DNA of 64,000 bases from Dictyostelium discoideum (Eukaryota). Positions 1 to 17,254 of this stretch are shown here, one piece after another; position 1 is the first letter of the stretch, and the number at the start of each line of letters is the position of its first letter. Below the pieces are notes generated by a model. It was not told where the DNA came from. It made no database searches and saw only the letters and a program-made list of their open reading frames with translations. Location of the stretch: positions 128,001-192,000 of the forward strand of contig CM000153.2 in the NCBI GenBank assembly GCA_000004695.1. Reading direction: 5' to 3'. A program made the translations under genes and the position numbers.

Positions 1-5086
<5,086 letters not shown>

Positions 5087-5100
5087 AAAAAAAGAAAAAC

Positions 5101-5137
<37 letters not shown>

Positions 5138-5294
5138 AGAAAACTTTTACATAATACATTTTAATTAATTATTATAGTTTACTTTTTTTTTTTTTATTAC
5201 AAAGAAAAAGAAATAAAAAATTTAATAAAAATAAATTTTTTGAATTTGTACAAATTAATAATTAACATTGTTTATTAGATTATTTTTTTATTTT

Positions 5295-5387
5295 TTATTT
5301 TTTATTTGAATATAAATTAAAAATCAAATAAAAACAAAATGTTAACATTGAAACTATTATAATAATTGAATTTAAAAAACCAATTTT

Positions 5388-5452
<65 letters not shown>

Positions 5453-6839
5453 GATTAATTAAAGGTTTATAATTTGGAATAAATTTTGGAATGATTTCAT
5501 TTGAAACTCTTTCAGCAGATTCAAGTGCTCCCTCCATATATCCAGACCACTCAGTTGAAGTTTCAGTACCAGCGAAATGAATATTACCAATTTGTTTTCT
5601 TAAAGATTCATTGTATTTATGATAGTTTTTATTTGAACCAATGATACAACCATAACCACCTTTTGACCATTGATTTTTTGTCCAATCTTTATCTATGTAA
5701 TGTTTTGGAGTTAAAGCTCTTTGATCAGAGTTGAAACTTTTATAAATGATTTTAATTGCTTCTTCTTTTCTTTCAGATTCCGATTTCATTGACCATTCAT
5801 CTGTATAATCACCCTCAAAGAAACCAATAATCGATGGTTTCGAACCATCCTCGAATGAACCATCATAACAAAATGAAATTGAACTACCATCATTAACGAT
5901 TTCACCACTAAATCCCAATTCTCTCCACCAACATTGATCATAAAATATAATGAATTTTATAACTTTACCCATTTCCATTGATTTTGTTAATAATCTTCTT
6001 TCATTTGGTAATTCAGGTTGATAAATTATTGAATCTGCTAAATTTGGTGGTACTGTAATCACTAAATTTTTACATAAATAATATGATATTTCATTTGTAA
6101 TTACATTTTTACTTGATATTCTAATTAAATTATTTTCATTATTTTCATTATTTTCATTTCGATTTTGATTTTGATTATTATAATCTTGTTCAACTTTAAA
6201 AACTTGAGAATTTAATTTGATATTACCATTATTACCATAAAAAAAAGTGCCAGAATTATTTGTTAATTTTGAAGGGAATAAAAGTTTTTTTGATAAAATT
6301 TTTGAAAGATTATGTGAACTACCAAATACTCTATCTTGTTGTGCACCACCTTCAACTTCCATTGCTTTAACTACACCACCAGAACTTTTAAAATAGGTTA
6401 ATACAAATAACATTGATAGATTTTTAGGTTGACTTGAAAATATGGCTAAAATAGTAATTTCAATTAATTTCTTTGAAGTTTCAAAGAAAATATTTTGATT
6501 AATCCAATCTTGAAAACTTATTGAATCATAATATTCACATTTCTTCCATTGTGATATATTTTTTAAATCTTTGATTTGGTTGGCTAAATAATCAATTCTC
6601 CACATTACAATTTGAATTTCAATTATATATTGTAATCCAACTGGTGGTATTAATGATGAGTATCGATATAGTTTACCATTGATTTCTAATACTTTTTTAC
6701 CTTTTTGTTGTTGTGGAAATATACTTTGATTACATTCTTTAATTAATTCATTAATTCTATATTGTGTTGGTCCAACCCATTGACCACCAATATCCCATGA
6801 ATAATTTTCAAATTGAATTGAATCTGTTCTACCTCCAAC

Positions 6840-6870
<31 letters not shown>

Positions 6871-7115
6871 ATATAAAAAAAAAAAAATAAAAAAAAAAAA
6901 TTTTAGTAAAAAGATAGAGATAGATTTGGTGTGGTCGAATGAAAATTAAAAAAAAAAAAAAAAAAAAAATTATTTTATTTTTATTAATAAATACATACAT
7001 CTTTTGCCTCTAATACCAAAACATTTATATTTTGATTTTTTAATAGATTTGCTGTTTTTAAACCTGATAATCCTGCTCCAATAACAATACAATCAAAAAT
7101 AATATTTTCTTCCAT
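5295..7115 (-). CDS. Flavin-containing amine oxidase, monoamine-oxidase-like, with a C-terminal membrane anchor. Exons are approximately join(5295..6838,6995..7115). The exon 1/exon 2 junction is uncertain because the acceptor lies in an A11/T30 homopolymer.
   Basis: On the minus strand, exon 1 (7115..~6995) encodes [39 protein letters not shown], the FAD dinucleotide-binding GxGxxG fold. Exon 2 encodes ...[25 protein letters not shown]... and ends [28 protein letters not shown], which is the MAO family C-terminal signature. That is followed by a poly-Gln(22) tract and a hydrophobic tail, [22 protein letters not shown]. The track ORF 6743..7000(-) lies inside the intron. Confidence 0.78.
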
Positions 7116-7185
7116 TTTTTAAAAAAAAAAAAAAAAAATTGAATTTTGAAATTTTTTTTTATTAAAAAACAATGAAATAAAGATA

Positions 7186-7230
<45 letters not shown>

Positions 7231-7728
7231 TATTGTGAATAAAATTTCTGTGTGTGAAAAAAAAAAAAATAAAAAATAATTTTAAAATAAAATAATTATT
7301 TTTTTTTTTTTTTTTTTTTTTGGGGTTGGCAACAATTAAACAATTTTCATACCAAAACCCATTAAAAAAAAAAAAATATAAAAAATTTTAAAAAAAATTT
7401 AAAATAGTGTGTTTTAAACAAAAATAATAAAAAAAAATAAAAAAATAATAAAAAAAAAGTATTTGAAGCAATGAATGAGTGATAATTAATTTATCTCATA
7501 ATCAAAAGGTAAAAATGGGTCCCCGCATTTTGAAAAGTGATCGAAATTTGAATCGGATTTTTGAATATTTTTAATCATCCCAAAGATATTTTTTTTAAAA
7601 TAAAAAAATAATTAAAAATAAAAAAAAATAAAAATATAAAATAAAAAAAAAAAAAAAAAAAAAAAAAAAAGATTTTTTTTTATAAAATTTTTTTTTTAAA
7701 AATTTTTATTTTGATTGCACCGTTGCAA

Positions 7729-7759
<31 letters not shown>

Positions 7760-8002
7760 AAAAAACGCAACAAAAATAATATCAATAGTAACAACAGAAG
7801 TAATAATAACAATAACACTATTTATTATTTTAAATAAATTATTTTAAAGGAAAAAAATAATCAAAATAAGGTAAAATTTATGTGATATCAACATTTTATT
7901 GTGATATTGTGTGTATGTGTGTGTATATATACATATTCATTTTAGTATTATATATAAAATTAAAAATAAAAATTATCTTTTAATTTTTTTTTTAAATCAC
8001 TC

Positions 8003-8036
<34 letters not shown>

Positions 8037-8085
8037 CGGGGAATAATAATTTTTTAAAAACCCTGGAATTTATTTAGAATAAAAT

Positions 8086-8134
8086 AAAATAAAATAAAAT
8101 AAAATAAAATAAAATAAAATAAAATAAAATAAAA
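8086..8134. repeat. (AAAAT)n pentanucleotide repeat, about 10 units. The same motif recurs at 59598..59632.
   Basis: The sequence is aataaaataaaataaaat... and lies in a gene-free AT-rich region. Confidence 0.9.
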
Positions 8135-8531
8135 GGATTAAAGAAACTAAAGACTAAACCACCATCAATATTTTTTTGTTTTTTTTTTTTTTTTTTTTTT
8201 TAGATTGCTTATTCTCTTAAATAAATAAAAAAAAAAAAAAAAAGGAAAATGTTTTTTTTTTATTTTTTTCCATGGATATCTTGTGTGTCAAAAAAAAAAA
8301 ATAAATAAATAAAAAAAAAATAATAATAAAACAAGATTTGGGGTGGTGGGGTGTGACGATAGTATGTGTACACCAACAGTATCAAAAAATTGTATTTTAA
8401 TTTAATTTATTTATTTTTTATTTTTTTTATTTTTATTTTCTATTAAAAAAAAAAAAAAAAAAAAAAAATTATCACGATACTACTTCCACCACCGTTATAT
8501 CACTACTAGTATTTTATTTAATTAAATTATT

Positions 8532-8566
<35 letters not shown>

Positions 8567-8588
8567 TTATTTATTTCCACCCATCAAT

Positions 8589-8623
<35 letters not shown>

Positions 8624-8751
8624 ATAAAAAAACAAATTGTTTTTTTTTATTTATACTTTATACAGCTAAATATTTAGTCTGTTATCATAATAAAAAAACA
8701 TAAAATTGTTAATGTTGTTTAAAATAAAAAAAAAAAGAAAAAAGTTTAGAG

Positions 8752-8792
<41 letters not shown>

Positions 8793-9010
8793 CAAAAATC
8801 GTAGAAAAGAGGAAATCATTTACAAATTATTTTTACAAATAAATAATTAGATCTATAATACCAAATTAGAATATAAATTATTTTTTAAAGAAACATACAC
8901 GCAGAGGAGCACTATTTATGTGTTTATAATTCAAAAAAAACAATCAACAATTGTGTGTATCCAATATGTTTTTTTTTTTTTTTTAAAAATTTTCAAATGT
9001 TTAGAAAATT

Positions 9011-9018
9011 CCACCCCC
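9011..9018 (+). promoter_or_regulatory. CCCACAA octamer resembling the Dictyostelium upstream sequence element (DUSE, [A/T]CCCA[C/T]AA) of small ncRNA genes.
   Basis: The text is ttccacccccccacaaacaatt, in the middle of a 3 kb gene-free interval. No convincing ncRNA body was found downstream: no class-I CCTTACAGCAA motif and no GC-rich hairpin. Confidence 0.2.
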
Positions 9019-9390
9019 CCACAAACAATTAATACTTTTTTTTTTATTATATTATTTTTTTATTTTATATATATTAGGTTTATTTTATTTATTTTTTAAA
9101 TTTTTTTTTTTATTATTTACCACTCTCAATAATAACAATTAATTAATCACAAAAAAAAAAAAAAAAAAAAAAAAGAATAAAAAAATACACCCTTTGTCAA
9201 ATTGTTTGATATTTAGTTATAAATAATCAATTCAATTTGGTAATAGTTTTATCATTTAAAAATAATTTTTTTTATTTTTTTTTTTTTTATTTTTTTTTTT
9301 AAAAATATTATATTTATTTAAATTTTTTAATTTTTGTTTTAAATACACACACAAACACACACAACTTTTATCCAAATACATATAAAATCA

Positions 9391-9447
<57 letters not shown>

Positions 9448-9981
9448 CTTTCTTTTCTTTTCTTTTCCTTCGTACTTTTTTTTTATTTTTTATTTTTTAT
9501 TTTTTTTATTTTTCTAAATATCAATCAACAAATTTTTTATTTTTATTTTTTTTTAATTATTAACAGAAATAAAAAGTTCAAATCAAAAAAATCAAAAAAA
9601 ACTTTTTTTTTTAAAACAAAGATTTTTATCAAATTTCAAATAAAAATCTTTTTTTATTTTAATTTTATTTTTTTAAAAATTTTTTTTTTATTCCATCATC
9701 ATTTTTTTAAAAAAAAAAAAAAATTTTTGTTAACACAAAAAAAAAAAAAATAAAAATAAAATTTAAAAAACTAAATAATTTTTATAGAAATAGGAGAAAG
9801 AGTGTAAAAGTGAAAAACGAGAGATAAAAATTAAAAAAACAAGATAGGGATAACAATAACTAAAAGAAATATAATTTAAAATTATTAACGAATACTTTAA
9901 CGATAATAATAATAACAACAACCAACAACCAACAACAACCAACAACAACTGTATATTTTAATTAGTAGTGGTAGAAGTATA

Positions 9982-9983
<2 letters not shown>

Positions 9984-10045
<62 letters not shown>

Positions 10046-10046
10046 G
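9984..10046. repeat. (ATT)n microsatellite of about 21 units, 30 bp upstream of the ATG at 10075.
   Basis: Perfect attatt run. Confidence 0.9.
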
Positions 10047-10074
10047 TACAATATTATTTATAAATATTTATGAA

Positions 10075-11277
10075 ATGGGTACATGTGGATCGAAACCATC
10101 AAAAAATAAAAACAACAAAACAAATATAAAAAAGAATAATAAAAATAATAAAGATACAAAGAGATTAAGTTCAAATCTATCAAAGAATGGTGGTAGTACG
10201 TCATCATCATTACAACAATTTGATAATGGTATAAATGGTGGAGATGCAAAGAAATTTCATGACGAACATAAGAATAATTTAAATCAAGTTGCATTGAATT
10301 GGAAACCAAATACCATTGGAATTTGGAAGAGATCACATGAAAAGTTAGCAATTCATACCGATATACCAAGATTAGGACACAAGATTGAAATTATAGATAA
10401 AATGGATAGACTTCAAAATATTAGTTTTTCAAATGTTACTTCAATCTCTTTAAATAATAATATTATACCACCAAATAATAATACTGATATAAAGAGTAAA
10501 GATGATGGTGGTAATGATAATGATAATAATAAAGAAAATGAAGAACAACAACAAGAACAATTAGAACAACAAGAAAAACAATCAATTGAAGTAACACCAA
10601 AATCTGAACAATTAATTGAACATAATTCAAAATATACATCATTGACAACGTTAACATCACATGGTACATTTTCAACAGCACAAGTATTGAAAAAAGAAGA
10701 GGTAGTATATCAAGTTTTAACCAATTTAGCTCATCTATTAGATGGTGAGGAGAAAGAAAAGAGAATAAAAAGTACATTTTCAAACTATATTAAAGGATCT
10801 GGTGATATGTCACAACAACTATTGGCATTATTGGGTCAAGAAGTTGGTGAGAATAGTAGATTGATGCAATTGTTGAAAGTTTGTCATCAGAAAATCATTC
10901 TTCCAAGTTATTATTTCATCAAGGCAAATCTATTTGAAGAATTACCATTCAGAGATAAAAGAGGTAGTTGGAGAATGAGAATCACCTTTGAAACTGATGG
11001 ATCTGTGATTGCATCTCATTCAAAACGACAACAATCAACAGCTGGTGCTGAAAATGATCCTGAATTCGAATTTGAATGGTGTCTCTCCATTATCTTTGAT
11101 AAAGATATGGTCATTAGTGGTCTAAAGGTTGAAGTGACCGATTTAATCATTAGTAAAAATATTTCAGACGATAAAAAACAAGAAATTCAACGTGCTTTCC
11201 AAGTTTTACAACAAGCTACAAATAATACAAATAGTAATAATAATTCTGAACCAATACCATTAAATAAAGTCGATTAA
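10075..11277 (+). CDS. Hypothetical 400-aa protein with a consensus N-myristoylation and palmitoylation signal (MGTCGSK).
   Basis: This is an uninterrupted ORF with normal Dictyostelium codon composition. The N-terminus has Met-Gly at positions 1-2, Cys at 4 and Ser at 6. I could not assign a domain from memory. The ORF lies immediately downstream of an (ATT)n tract at 9984..10046. Confidence 0.55.
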   Translation: MGTCGSKPSKNKNNKTNIKKNNKNNKDTKRLSSNLSKNGGSTSSSLQQFDNGINGGDAKKFHDEHKNNLNQVALNWKPNTIGIWKRSHEKLAIHTDIPRLGHKIEIIDKMDRLQNISFSNVTSISLNNNIIPPNNNTDIKSKDDGGNDNDNNKENEEQQQEQLEQQEKQSIEVTPKSEQLIEHNSKYTSLTTLTSHGTFSTAQVLKKEEVVYQVLTNLAHLLDGEEKEKRIKSTFSNYIKGSGDMSQQLLALLGQEVGENSRLMQLLKVCHQKIILPSYYFIKANLFEELPFRDKRGSWRMRITFETDGSVIASHSKRQQSTAGAENDPEFEFEWCLSIIFDKDMVISGLKVEVTDLIISKNISDDKKQEIQRAFQVLQQATNNTNSNNNSEPIPLNKVD

Positions 11278-11920
11278 ATTAATAAAATAAATTAATAAAA
11301 TAAATTGAAAATAAAAATAAAATAAAATAAATAATAAAAAAAAAAAAATAAAAAAAAAAAAAAAAATAAAAAAAAAAAAAAAAACAAAAGTCGATCGTAA
11401 TAATAATAATAATAATAATAACAACAATACCAATAACAAATAATATAAACACATTACTACCATAAAAATATACAATACTACTACCACTACAACTTGCAAC
11501 AACACAATTTCTTTTCTCTTTTTTTTTCTCACTCTTTTTTTTCAAAAATGTCTAAAAATAAGAGGCATCTATTTATTAAAAATTAATTAATATTTAAAAA
11601 TAAAAATGTAATAAATAATAAAATTTTATTAAAATAAAAAAAAAAAAAAAAATGAATAAAAATAGAATAATAAAAAAAAAAAAAAAAAAAAATCTAGATT
11701 AAAAATAGAAAATTCGATTGTTCGATTTGATTAGAAAAAAAAAAAAAAAAGTGTAAAAACGAATTTAGATATCTAAACCAGAGAGATCTTTTAAAAATTA
11801 TTCTTCTAATAAATACAACTATATCTTTTTTTTATTTATTAATCATTATTATTCATAAAAATTGATAATAAAAGGTTTTTTTTTTTTTTTTTTTTTTTTT
11901 GGTTTCAAAATTAAAAATAT

Positions 11921-12716
11921 GTATTAATTTGATGGGGGTATTTGTTGTTGTTGTTGTTGTGGTTTTTTAGTTGAACCAAATAAAGAAGTGATTCTATCAG
12001 AAACTGATTTTTGTTGTTGTTGTTGTTGTAATAAATTTTGTTGTTGTTGAATTGATTGTTGTTGTTGAGTATTTAAATTATTTGAAAGTTTATCTAATCT
12101 TGTCATAATGATTGCTAATTTACTATTGACTGCTAATAATTTACCCCTTGCATTTAATAACTTTTGAATATGTGGAAGTAATGGTGGTATTTGTGTAAGA
12201 TTATTGAATGAATCAAGTTCTAATTTTTATTTTATTCAATATTCAGTAGTTTGTGTATATATTTTTTGTTTAAAATTTCAATTTAAAAAATTAATTGATA
12301 AATAAATTGATTTACAATAATATTGATATTAATAATAGTAAAAGTAGTGGTAGTCATGGTGGTAGTGGTAGTGGTAGTGGTAGTGGTAGTGGTAGTGGTA
12401 GTGGTAGTGGTAGTGGTAGTGGTAGTGGTAGTGGTGGTAAGTATTTATTTTTAATAATATCTAAAAATATTTGAGAATAAAATGAAAAATAGAGGGAAGA
12501 AAAAGAAAAAAAAATAAAAATAAAAATAAAAAAGGGGCGGTGTGGGTGATAAAAAATGAAATTTAATTAATCCTTACCATGTGATAAACTATCAATTTGA
12601 TCTGAAAGTGTTTTTTGTGAATAATAAACTTCTTGAATCTTTGCATCACATTCCTTTACAACTGGTGATAATAATAAATAAAGTCCACTGGCTAAAATTG
12701 CTTTTGGATCTTGTGG

Positions 12717-12753
<37 letters not shown>

Positions 12754-12755
12754 GG

Positions 12756-12796
<41 letters not shown>

Positions 12797-12950
12797 GCTG
12801 TGGTTGTTGTTCTTCAACTTTATCTGTATTTATATTATCGTTATTATTTTGTTGTTGTTGTTGTTCATCTTTATTAATATTATTATTATTTATTTCCTCT
12901 TTTGGATTATTGTTTTCTTCAATTGCTGTATTAATTTCATTTTCACTCAT
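11921..12950 (-). CDS. Snapin (BLOC-1 / BORC subunit) homologue. Exons are join(11921..12219,12578..12950), with intron 12220..12577 (GTAAGG...AATTAG, phase 1).
   Basis: The spliced product reads ...GLYLLLSPVVKECDAKIQEVYYSQKTLSDQIDSLSH|ELDSFNNLTQIPPLLPHIQKLLNARGKLLAVNSKLAIIMTRLDKL.... This aligns with human SNAPIN (GLLEFLRPAVQQLDSHVHAVRESQVELREQIDNLATEL...KKLLNARRRVVLVNNILQNAQERLRRLN). The N-terminal extension contains a poly-Gln tract. The intron contains a (GGTAGT)13 microsatellite. Confidence 0.8.
12361..12436. repeat. (GGTAGT)n hexanucleotide microsatellite, about 13 units, inside the snapin intron.
   Basis: Perfect tandem ggtagt units follow the sequence ...aaagtagtggtagtcatggt. Confidence 0.95.
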
Positions 12951-13271
12951 TTTTTATTTTTTTTATTTTAAAAATAAATTAAAATAAAAAATAAAAAAAT
13001 AAAAAAATAAAAAAAATGTTCTATGGAAGCATTTATGAAAAAAAAAAAAAAAAAATAAAAATCTTACAGCAAATTTTTTTTTTTCATTTTTTTTTTCTTT
13101 TTTTAATTTTTATTTTTTTTATTTTTTATTTTTTATTTTTTATTTTTTATTTTTTTTAAAGAAGTTAAAAAACCCCACAAAGAAAAAAAAAGAATAAAAA
13201 TAAAATAAAGTACACAATCCACACACACACACCTCAAGTAAATACATCATATAAATTTAGAATATTATATA

Positions 13272-13856
13272 ATGAATTCAATGATTAGAAATGTACTTAA
13301 AACTACAACAAATGTTGGTTTAAAAAATACAAGTGGTTTAGTTTTTAGACAAACAAATGTTAATTTTTTAAAATCCTCAACAACCACAACAGCAATTAAA
13401 AGTGGAATTTTTGGAGAACTAATTACAAAAAGAAATTATCATGAAAGAGTATTGGATCATTATAATAACCCAAGAAATATTGGGTCATTCGATAAGAAAG
13501 ATATCGATGTTGGTACTGCAACCGTTGGTGCACCAGCATGTGGTGACGTTATGAAAATTCAAATCAAGGTAAAGGAAAACATTGTTGTCGATGTTTGTTT
13601 CAAAACTTTTGGTTGTGGTTCTGCAATCGCTTCAAGTTCATTGGCAACTGAATGGGTAAAAGGTAAAACATTAGATCAATGTCTCGAAATTAAAAATACC
13701 GATATCGCAAAACATCTCTCACTTCCACCAGTAAAAATGCATTGTAGTATGCTTGCCGAACAAGCTATCAAAAGAGCTATCTATGATTACAAAGTTAAAC
13801 ATGAAAAATTAAATTCATCTGAACAAACTACAATTGAAACTACTGCATCTTTGTAA
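13272..13856 (+). CDS. iscU: Mitochondrial iron-sulfur cluster scaffold protein IscU/Isu1, intronless, with an N-terminal presequence.
   Basis: HYNNPRNIGSFDKKDIDVGTATVGAPACGDVMKIQIKV...FKTFGCGSAIASSSLATEWVKGKTLDQCLEIKNTDIAKHLSLPPVKMHCSMLAEQAIKRAI is near-identical to the canonical IscU core. All three cluster-ligand Cys residues and the LPPVK Hsp70-binding motif are present. Confidence 0.92.
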   Translation: MNSMIRNVLKTTTNVGLKNTSGLVFRQTNVNFLKSSTTTTAIKSGIFGELITKRNYHERVLDHYNNPRNIGSFDKKDIDVGTATVGAPACGDVMKIQIKVKENIVVDVCFKTFGCGSAIASSSLATEWVKGKTLDQCLEIKNTDIAKHLSLPPVKMHCSMLAEQAIKRAIYDYKVKHEKLNSSEQTTIETTASL

Positions 13857-14398
13857 ATAATTTTAATAATTTAAAAAAATAAATAAAAAAATAAAAAAAT
13901 AAAAAAAAAATAAAAAAATATATAAAAAAAAAAAAAACTATTATAAATTTAAATAATATTGCCTTCTTTACTTTGATATATACCATTTTTATTATTTATT
14001 TTTTATTTATTCATCCTTTTTTTTATCGGGGTTTGGTTTTTCTTTTTTTTTTTTTTTTTTTTTTTTTTTTCGCTAAAATTTTTACGCCCTAAAAAAAATT
14101 AAAAAAATATCTCGAAATTATCGTTTTTTAATTAATTAATTAATTAATTAATTTAACTTTTTTTTTTTTTTTTTTTTTTTTATTGTATTTCTATTTTTGG
14201 AAACTCTCATAAGGGTTGATATGTAAGTATTTTATTAAATAGAGATTTTTTATAGTCTAATTGTTTTTTTTTTTTATTTTTACATTTTATTTTTTTTTTT
14301 TTTTTAAATTTTTTAAATTTTTTTTTTATTTTTTTTTTATATTTTTTTTTTTTTTAAATTTCTGCTTTGTAAATTCACACATAGAGCAAGTTAAAGAA

Positions 14399-14639
14399 AT
14401 GTTTAAAATAATCAAGATTAGAAATTTAGTGAAAAGTAGTAATTTTTCATTAAACAGATGCAATTTTAATAATAATTATAGGAATATAAATTTCAAAGAA
14501 AATAGGCTTTTTTCAACCTCAAATAGTATTATAGATAAAGATAAAATAAATTTTCAAAATGATATAAATAATAAATCCTTTGATAATAACAACAACACTA
14601 ATAGCAATAATATTAACAACGAAAACAAAAACAACCAAG

Positions 14640-14670
<31 letters not shown>

Positions 14671-14731
14671 CAACTACAATAATAGTAATAATAATAATAA
14701 TAATGATAATAATGACAATAATAACAACACA

Positions 14732-14772
<41 letters not shown>

Positions 14773-15277
14773 TAATAATAATAATAATAATTATAATTAT
14801 AATAACTCATATTATAATAAACGTTTAAAGTTTGATAAAGATTTCCGCATACTATTGCTTAAATCTTTGGGTATTATGTTTTTAGTTAGGACTTATGTTG
14901 TAGAGCTTACATATGTATGTATCTTTATTTTATTTATTTTAATAAAGTAGGAGATGAACAATTTGTTTTATTAATATTATTGTATTTAATTCCCCTCTCT
15001 ATCTATCTCTCTCTATGAATCTTACACATATACACAGTGTCAAGGTACATCAATGGAGCCAACAATAAACACAGGAGATTTCATTTTTATTAATAAATTA
15101 AGTAAAGATTATAAAGTTGGTGATTTAATTACTGCTGCTTGTCCAACTAATCAATTTTCAATTTGTAAAAGGATAAGGTTTGTTGTAAGTATTTCAAAAA
15201 TAATATTATAATTATAATATAAATAATTAATAATTAATAATAATAATAATAATACTCTCATATTTACATTTTATATT

Positions 15278-15314
<37 letters not shown>

Positions 15315-15635
15315 AACAACTAATAGGAAGGTGATAGAATTATATTTGAATCACCAAATGGTTTAGAGGTATATGAAGTTCCAAAAGATTATGTTTGGAT
15401 AGAAGGTGATAATTATGACACTTCAAGAGATTCTAGAATTTATGGTGCAATCCCAAAAAGATTAATAACTGGAAAAGTTTTAATGAGAGTAAGTCTTAAC
15501 TTTATCATTCAATATTTATATATTGTAGACCTTTTACTAATATATTTCTTTTTTTTCTCTCTCCACCTAAAGTTTTATCCACCCTCTTTATTAAAAGGAC
15601 CTGCTCCAATTACATTAACAGAGAAAATAAATTAA
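14399..15635 (+). CDS. Mitochondrial inner-membrane protease subunit, IMP1/IMMP1L-like (signal peptidase family S26), with an Asn-rich N-terminal extension. Exons are join(14399..14914,15038..15184,15327..15488,15573..15635).
   Basis: Exons 2-4 encode CQGTSMEPTINTGDFIFINKLSKDYKVGDLITAACPTNQFSICKRIRFV|EGDRIIFESPNGLEVYEVPKDYVWIEGDNYDTSRDSRIYGAIPKRLITGKVLMR|FYPPSLLKGPAPI. This matches human IMMP1L (SGPSMEPTIQNSDIVF...ICKRVIGLEGDKI...HVWLEGDNLQNSTDSRCYGPIPYGLIRGRIFFKIWP), including the catalytic Ser (SMEPT) and Lys (KR) positions. The donors are GTATGT, GTAAGT and GTAAGT. The acceptors are ...CACAG, ...AATAG and ...TAAAG, and all are phase 0. The choice of start codon at 14399 rather than 14261 is an inference. 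Confidence 0.72.
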
Positions 15636-15761
15636 TAAATAAATTAATAAATATATATTTGGTAACAATATTAATAAGATTTGAGAGAGAGAGAGGGAGA
15701 GATAATATTATATTATTTTGCATTTTATTTATTTATTTATTTATTTATTTGTTTTTTTTTG

Positions 15762-15803
<42 letters not shown>

Positions 15804-15806
<3 letters not shown>

Positions 15807-15950
15807 ATTTTATATTATTTATAAATCCCATGATTTGATTTGTTTATCGAAACCACCAGAAAATAATAAATTTAAAGATTTTGAAATGTGAATACAATTA
15901 ATTGAAGAATTTAAATGTCCTTGATAAACTTTATCTAATGAATAATTAAT

Positions 15951-15998
<48 letters not shown>

Positions 15999-17181
15999 TG
16001 ATGTTAATTTAAAAGATTTTAAAGAACCATTTTCAAAAGCACAATAAATTAAATTTGTATCACTATCAAATTGTAAATCATTAATTGATGAATTTTCATT
16101 TGTATTGATTTTTAATAAATATTGATTATCATTAAAATTATTTAAATTATCACAAGACCAAATTTTAATTGTACCATCATTTCCACCACTAATTAATTGA
16201 TTTAAATTATCATTATAAATAATCTTTCTAATCCATCCACCTTGATTTCCTTTAATAATATTTAAACACCTACCACTCTTTTTTTTTTTAAAAAATAATA
16301 AAAAATAAAAATAAAATAAAAATAAGAGAATTAATAAAATAATTTATAAATTATGTTATTTATATATGCTTACATTAATATCCCAAAATCTAATTGTACC
16401 ATCATTTGAACAAGAATATAAAGTATTTAAATTTTTATTAATTGCAATTGAAGAAACCCAACCATTATGACCAATGAATACTCTTTTAAAATTAATATTA
16501 TTTAAATCAAATTGTCTAATTGTATTATCATCAGAACATGTAAAGAAATAACTTGAATTTGGGATTACAATCAATTGATTAATTATACCAGTATGTCCAA
16601 TGAATGTTTGAATAACTTGTAAATTATTATCCCAGTATTGAATAGTTTTATCATGTGATGATGTTAATAAATTTTCAAATCCATAATCATTATTGTTATT
16701 GTTGTTACTACTAAAAATAAAAGTACTCCAAATTCCACCTCTTTTATGAATATATTTTGATTTTAGTACTTTAAAAATACCATTATCAGTATCATTACCA
16801 CTAGTATTTTCAAATTTCCAAATTTTAATTGATTTATCAATTGATGTTGTAAATAATTTACCATCATCTGATGAATTTATACTTGTAATTATATCTGTAT
16901 GATTTTTCAACACATTTTTAAATAATTTTATTTCTTTATTATTTTCATCATCATTATTAATATTGCTATTAATATCAATTTCATCATCATTAATATACCA
17001 TAATCCATATTCAATGAATCTATCTTTTTTACTTCTATGACCAATTATACAATTATTATGAATAATGAATGGTGTAATATTATCTCTTTGAGTAATTTTT
17101 AAATTAAAATAATTTGTACCATTTGGAAATAACTTTTTATCTAATAATCTATATCTAATTTTATCTTTTTTATCATTTTCC

Positions 17182-17254
<73 letters not shown>

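Noticed and set aside
6743-7000. ORFs 6743..7000(-) and 6764..6949(+).
   Set aside because: They lie inside the first intron of the amine-oxidase gene and consist of homopolymer translation ([10 protein letters not shown]).
8343-8495. Possible long-range inverted repeat ggtggtgg...ccaccacc.
   Set aside because: Only 8-9 nt are complementary and about 140 nt of unrelated sequence lies between them. The similarity is too weak to call a hairpin.
7116-10074. tRNA genes or retrotransposons (TRE/DIRS/DGLT) in the long intergenic region.
   Set aside because: No GTTCGAATC-type T-loop or cloverleaf-compatible GC-rich 72-nt segment was seen. No long ORF with reverse-transcriptase or integrase motifs is present. 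Only a weak DUSE-like box was found, with no RNA body behind it.
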